Positions 59,901-64,000 of a DNA stretch of 64,000 bases are shown one piece after another (within the stretch, counting starts at the first letter, position 1; each line of letters starts with the position of its first letter). The DNA is from Macrostomum lignano (lineage: Eukaryota). The notes under the pieces were generated by a model, which searched no databases, was not told where the DNA came from, and worked only from the letters and a program-made list of their open reading frames with translations. The translations under genes and the position numbers were made by a program. The DNA is taken from assembly GCA_002269645.1 (NCBI GenBank), contig NIVC01000984.1:433202-497201 (forward strand), in the 5' to 3' direction.

Positions 59901-61452
59901 CTACTGACTTTTGAACTCCAGTCACCAATCTACTGACTTTTGAACTCCAGTCACCAATCTACTGACTTGTGAACTTCAATCACCAATCTACTGACTTTTG
60001 AACTCCAGTCACCAATCTACTGACTTCTATCAGACTGTCACACACATGTGGATATCTCAGTTGAGTAGGTAATTGCCTAGCCATCCATTGCTAACCTCGA
60101 AAATATTTGCTTATTTCGCGCAGGAAATCTAAATAAAGCCATTTAAAAAAACAGAAAAAGGGAAAAATAGTTGCACAAATCCTTTTCTTCTATTCTAGGC
60201 AGACGATGACGCCTTTCTTAAACTATTTATAAAGTCATCTCTCCCTGGCTAAAAACCAATATTTAATCATTTCGACCACTGAGAACTAATCGAGCAGAGA
60301 TTAGCTGGGCACAGCTGGTTAAAAGCAAAAGAAAATTGCGCAATTATTTTTTAACTCTCTGTTTAACCGATGCAGCTCCAGCAGAGAAAAAAGACGGGAA
60401 AAACGCCTTTGTGTCCCCAGGTGTTTTTGGTTTTTGCTCTGCCAATTATTGACAGCAAAATATTTTCGGATCTTAAGCTGAGACGAAAGTGCAGAATGAA
60501 AATCGGTAGCATGAAAAGATAACACTGTAGCTCGCAGTGCAGCCAGATCCTGCAGTTCCTTGGCTTTTGAGAGCGGCAGAGAGATGCAGCTTTTTCCTAA
60601 AGGGCGGGAGAGTGGACAGGGCGGGCGGGAGAGCGGACAGGGCGGGCGGGAGAGCGGACAGGGCGGGCGGGAGAGCGGACAGGGCGGGCGGGAGAGCGGA
60701 CAGGGCGGGAGAGTGGACAGGGAGGGCGGGAGAGCGGACAGGGCGGGAGAGTGGACAGGGGGGCGGGAGAGCGGACAGGGCGGGAGAGCGGACAGGGCGG
60801 GAGAGCGGACAGGGCGGGAGAGTGGACAGGGAGGGCGGGAGAGCGGACAGGGCGGGAGAGTGGACAGGGAGGGCGGGAGAGCGGACAGGGCGGGAGAGCG
60901 GACAGGGCGGGAGAGCGGACAGGGAGGGAAAGCGGGCATCGAGGGTAAGAGAGCGGGCAGAGAGGACGGGATAGCCGGCACTGGGCACTGAGCACTGGGT
61001 AGGAGAACAAGTGGAGAGGCTGGGAAAGGAAGCGAGACCAGAAAATGGAAGACAGATAAAAGGTAGCGAACTGATAACAGATAACAGGTGATGAAGCAAG
61101 CCAGGGACAGTGATTCCCTAGTGGCCGATAAAATACGAGCTAGACACGAGTCTGTAGCCATATGAAACTAGTGGAGACTAACAGAACAGTTTACAGCAGA
61201 AGCGAAGCAAGGAATTAAAGAAAGAAGAGACTCACTCTCTCCTGGTCACGGGCCCGTCCGTAGAGTCAGCCAGCAGCATTGTCTGACGCTGTTTAGCAGC
61301 AGTTGCGGCCGCGCCTCCAGCAAGATTATCGGAGCCCGACGATTGGCGTTGTAGCGGCAGCTTCGGTTTTGGTGGCAGCGTCAGATGTTGCTGCTGCTGC
61401 TGCTGCTGCTGCTGTGTGGACAAATTCTGCGGCAAACTCATGTAGGCCGTGT
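53791..61452 (-). CDS. 3' exons of a Pro/Gln-rich protein (adaptor/scaffold-like): internal exon 61452-61236 and terminal exon 54528-53791 ending EKEEVTNL*; one 1-nt frameshift near 54322; 5' part not identified
   Basis: Acceptors ttctcag and aattttag, donor ga|gtgagt, phase-2 join; PPKPKLP, PPIPPNRPPAPP, polyQ/polyP; TGA at 53793-53791. Confidence 0.6.
54780..56510. repeat. ~37-bp minisatellite (gggttgatctggggtgtgtgtacattgtgattcatga)n
   Basis: About 45 units, intronic to the Pro/Gln gene. Confidence 0.95.
57720..60030. repeat. 29-bp satellite (ccagtcaccaatctactgacttgtgaact)n, ~2.3 kb
   Basis: About 78 head-to-tail units with no spacers. Confidence 0.97.
60605..60925. repeat. G-rich 17/21-bp repeat (gggcgggagagcggaca)n
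   Basis: Tandem units. Confidence 0.92.
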
Positions 61453-61739
61453 CTGAGAATGTATTTAATAGAAGTGAATACGCGAATTTAATTGTTGCTT
61501 TAAATTGTTCTGCAGCTGTTATTAATACTAATATTATTCATAACAATAACTCAAAATACAACAACGGTGAAGAAACTTGACATGATATACAATAAAACAA
61601 TTTGCTTTAACAATAAGGTAACAAAAATAGAGTGAAATAGCAATACACCAATATGCAAACAAACTGATATGTGTAGATTCTCTGAAAACTGCTGTCTACA
61701 CTTAGTCATTCAGTACTCATAGCTGCTGCCATCTCTACT

Positions 61740-62770
61740 TCAGGTGCCGCTGCCACTAATACGTCAGGTGCCGCTGCCACTAATACTTCAGGTGCCGCTG
61801 CCACTAATACTTCAGGTGCCGCTGCCACTAATACGTCAGGTGCCGCTGCCACTAATACTTCAGGTGCCGCTGCCACTAATACTTCAGGCCCCATCTGTCA
61901 CTAATACTTCAGGCCCACTGTCACTATTACTTCAGGCCCCGCTGCCACTAATACTTCAGGCCCCGTGCCACTAATACTTCAGGCCCGCTGCCACTAATAC
62001 TTCAGGCCCCAATGCCACTAATACTTCAGGCCCGCTGCCACTAATACTCGTACTTCAGCCCGCTGCCACTAATACTTCAGGCCCAATGCCACTAATACTT
62101 CAGTGCGCTGCCACTAATACGTCAGGCCCGCTGCCACTAATACTTCAGGCCCCGCTGCCTAATACTTCAGGCCCACTGTCACTAATACTTCAGCCCAATG
62201 CCACTAATACTTCAGGTGCCGCTGCCACTAATACTTCAGGCCCCAATGCCACTAATACTTCAGGTGCCGCTGCCACTAATACTTCAGGCCCGCTGTCACT
62301 AATACTTCAGGTGCCGCTGCACTATACGTCAGGCCCCGTTGCCACTAATACTTCAGGCCCACTGCCACTAATACTTCAGGTGCCGCTGCCACTATAATAC
62401 TTCAGGTGCCGCTGCCACTAATACGTCAGGCCGCTGCACGAATTACTTCAGGTGCGCTGTCACTAATACTTCAGGCCCGCTGTCACTAATACTTCAGGCG
62501 CCGCGCCCTAATACTTCAGGTGCCGCTGCCACTAATACGTCAGGCCCTGCTGCCACTAATACTTTAAGGCTCCGCTGCCACAAAAACTTCAGGTGCCGCT
62601 TGCCACTAATACTTCAGGTGCGCTGTCACTAATACTTCAGGCCCGCTGTCACTAATACTTCAGGCGCCGCTGCCACTAATACTTCAGGTGCCGCTGCCAC
62701 TAATACGTCAGGCCTGCTGCCACTAATACTTTAGGCTCCGCTGCCACAAAAACTTCAGGCCCCGCTGCTA
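61740..62770. repeat. 24-bp minisatellite (gccactaatacttcaggtgccgct)n
   Basis: Tandem units with many indels. Confidence 0.93.
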
Positions 62771-63334
62771 ACCCTCTACTCAGGTTATGCTATGATTGTA
62801 CTCAAGTGAGAAGCCAGTGAACAAATAGAATGATCTAACTAACAGGTAAAAGCAAAGCGATTTTAAGGGATTTCAAATGCACTAAATCAGACCATCGAAG
62901 TAGGCCGGATTATCCAGATTATCAACGGAAGAAGCGGACAACACAATTAAATCAGCAGTTGGAGGCTCGGCGGGCGAAGAGAGCAGAGCTTAAATTCAAT
63001 ATTTAAATATATCTTCGTGATTTATTTGTTTAGTGACGTAGCTAGTAAAGTGCTATTTTTAGTAACTCCTATGATATAATCTTTAACTAGGCCCTGAATT
63101 GACGCCTGATAGCTGATATACCCGGAGTACTAAAAGCAGAACAACAATTAGCAGCATATCACAGCCTAATATTACATAATACTTAACAAAATAGTGCACT
63201 GGTACGCGCGGAAAAAGTAATAAGTGGTGCACGGACAAAGGAAGAGTTCGATAAAATAAAAAAGAAACTGAAAAGAAGCTGAAATAGTGTGTTTTTTAAA
63301 TAAGTAAAAATACCTAATTTTTGTTTAAGGGGCC

Positions 63335-64000
63335 CTCATTGAAACTGAGGTGTTCAAGGGGTCTTATTGGAAACTGAGGTGTTTAAGGGGTCTCATTGGA
63401 AACCCTGGTGTTCAAGGGTCTCATTGGAAACCCTGGTGTTCAAGGGTCTCATTGGAAACCCTGGTGTCAAGGGTCTCATTGGAAACCCTGGTGTTCAAGG
63501 GGTCTCATTGGAAACCCTGGTGTTCAAGGGTCTCATTGGAAACCCTGGTGTTCAAGGGGTCTCATTGGAAACCCTGGTGTTCAAAGGGTCTCATTGGAAA
63601 CCCTGGTGTTCAAGGGGTCTCATTGGGAAACCCTGGTGTTCAAAGGGTCTCATTGGAAACCCTGGTGTTCAAGGGGTCTCATTGGAAACCCTGGTGTTCA
63701 AGGGGTCTCATTGGAAACCCTGGTGTTCAAGGGGTCTCATTGGAAACCCTGGTGTTCAAGGGGTCTCATTGGAAACCCTGGTGTTCAAGGGTCTCATTGG
63801 AAACTGAGGTGTCCAAGGTGTCTCATTGGAAACTGAGGTTTCAAGGGGCCTCATGGGAAACCCAGGTGTTCAAGGTGTCTCATTGGAAACCCAGGTGTTC
63901 AAGGCGTCTCATTGGAAACTGAGGTGTCCAATGTGTCTCATTGGAAACTGAGGTGTCCAAGGTGTCTCATTGGAAACCCAGTTGTTTCAAGGGCCTCATG
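63335..64000. repeat. ~30-bp minisatellite (ggtctcattggaaaccctggtgttcaagg)n, runs off the window end
   Basis: Tandem units. Confidence 0.93.

Noticed and set aside
57720-60030. CRISPR-like array (29-bp unit with an agtca/tgact mini-hairpin)
   Set aside because: Units are head-to-tail with no unique spacers, no cas genes, and the context is eukaryotic.
61744-62770. Mucin-like (ATNTSGAA)n coding region
   Set aside because: Frequent indels break the frame; no signal peptide or splice sites.

Overview
Eukaryotic (invertebrate) genomic DNA with GC-rich exons and GT-AG introns. By my tally about 40% of the window is short-unit tandem repeat. The style suggests a free-living flatworm such as Macrostomum (inference only). 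Genes, spliced by hand: 3' end of an unidentified membrane protein (+); 5-exon ANAPC5 (3144-9334, +); intronless atypical Rab (10447-11103, -); 12-exon MATE/SLC47 transporter (12020-21861, -); four tandem complete nAChR-like Cys-loop channel genes A-D (23880-44919, +); a small signal-peptide gene (~46.6 kb, +); last exons of a Pro/Gln-rich protein ending in a PDZ-type motif (-). Mobile elements: two copies of a hAT-type MITE, a 1.7-kb CAC..GTG foldback element nested in an older MITE, and a full-length inactive mariner. Most striking is the channel array. The four ligand-binding domains and M4 are strongly diverged and lack the acetylcholine-binding signature. The M1-M3 pore exons and the intron between them, with its (CTGTG)n tract, are almost nucleotide-identical in a mosaic pattern. 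This is a variable-sensor/constant-pore receptor cluster, most simply explained by localized gene conversion. All coordinates and counts were read by eye; no database searches were run.
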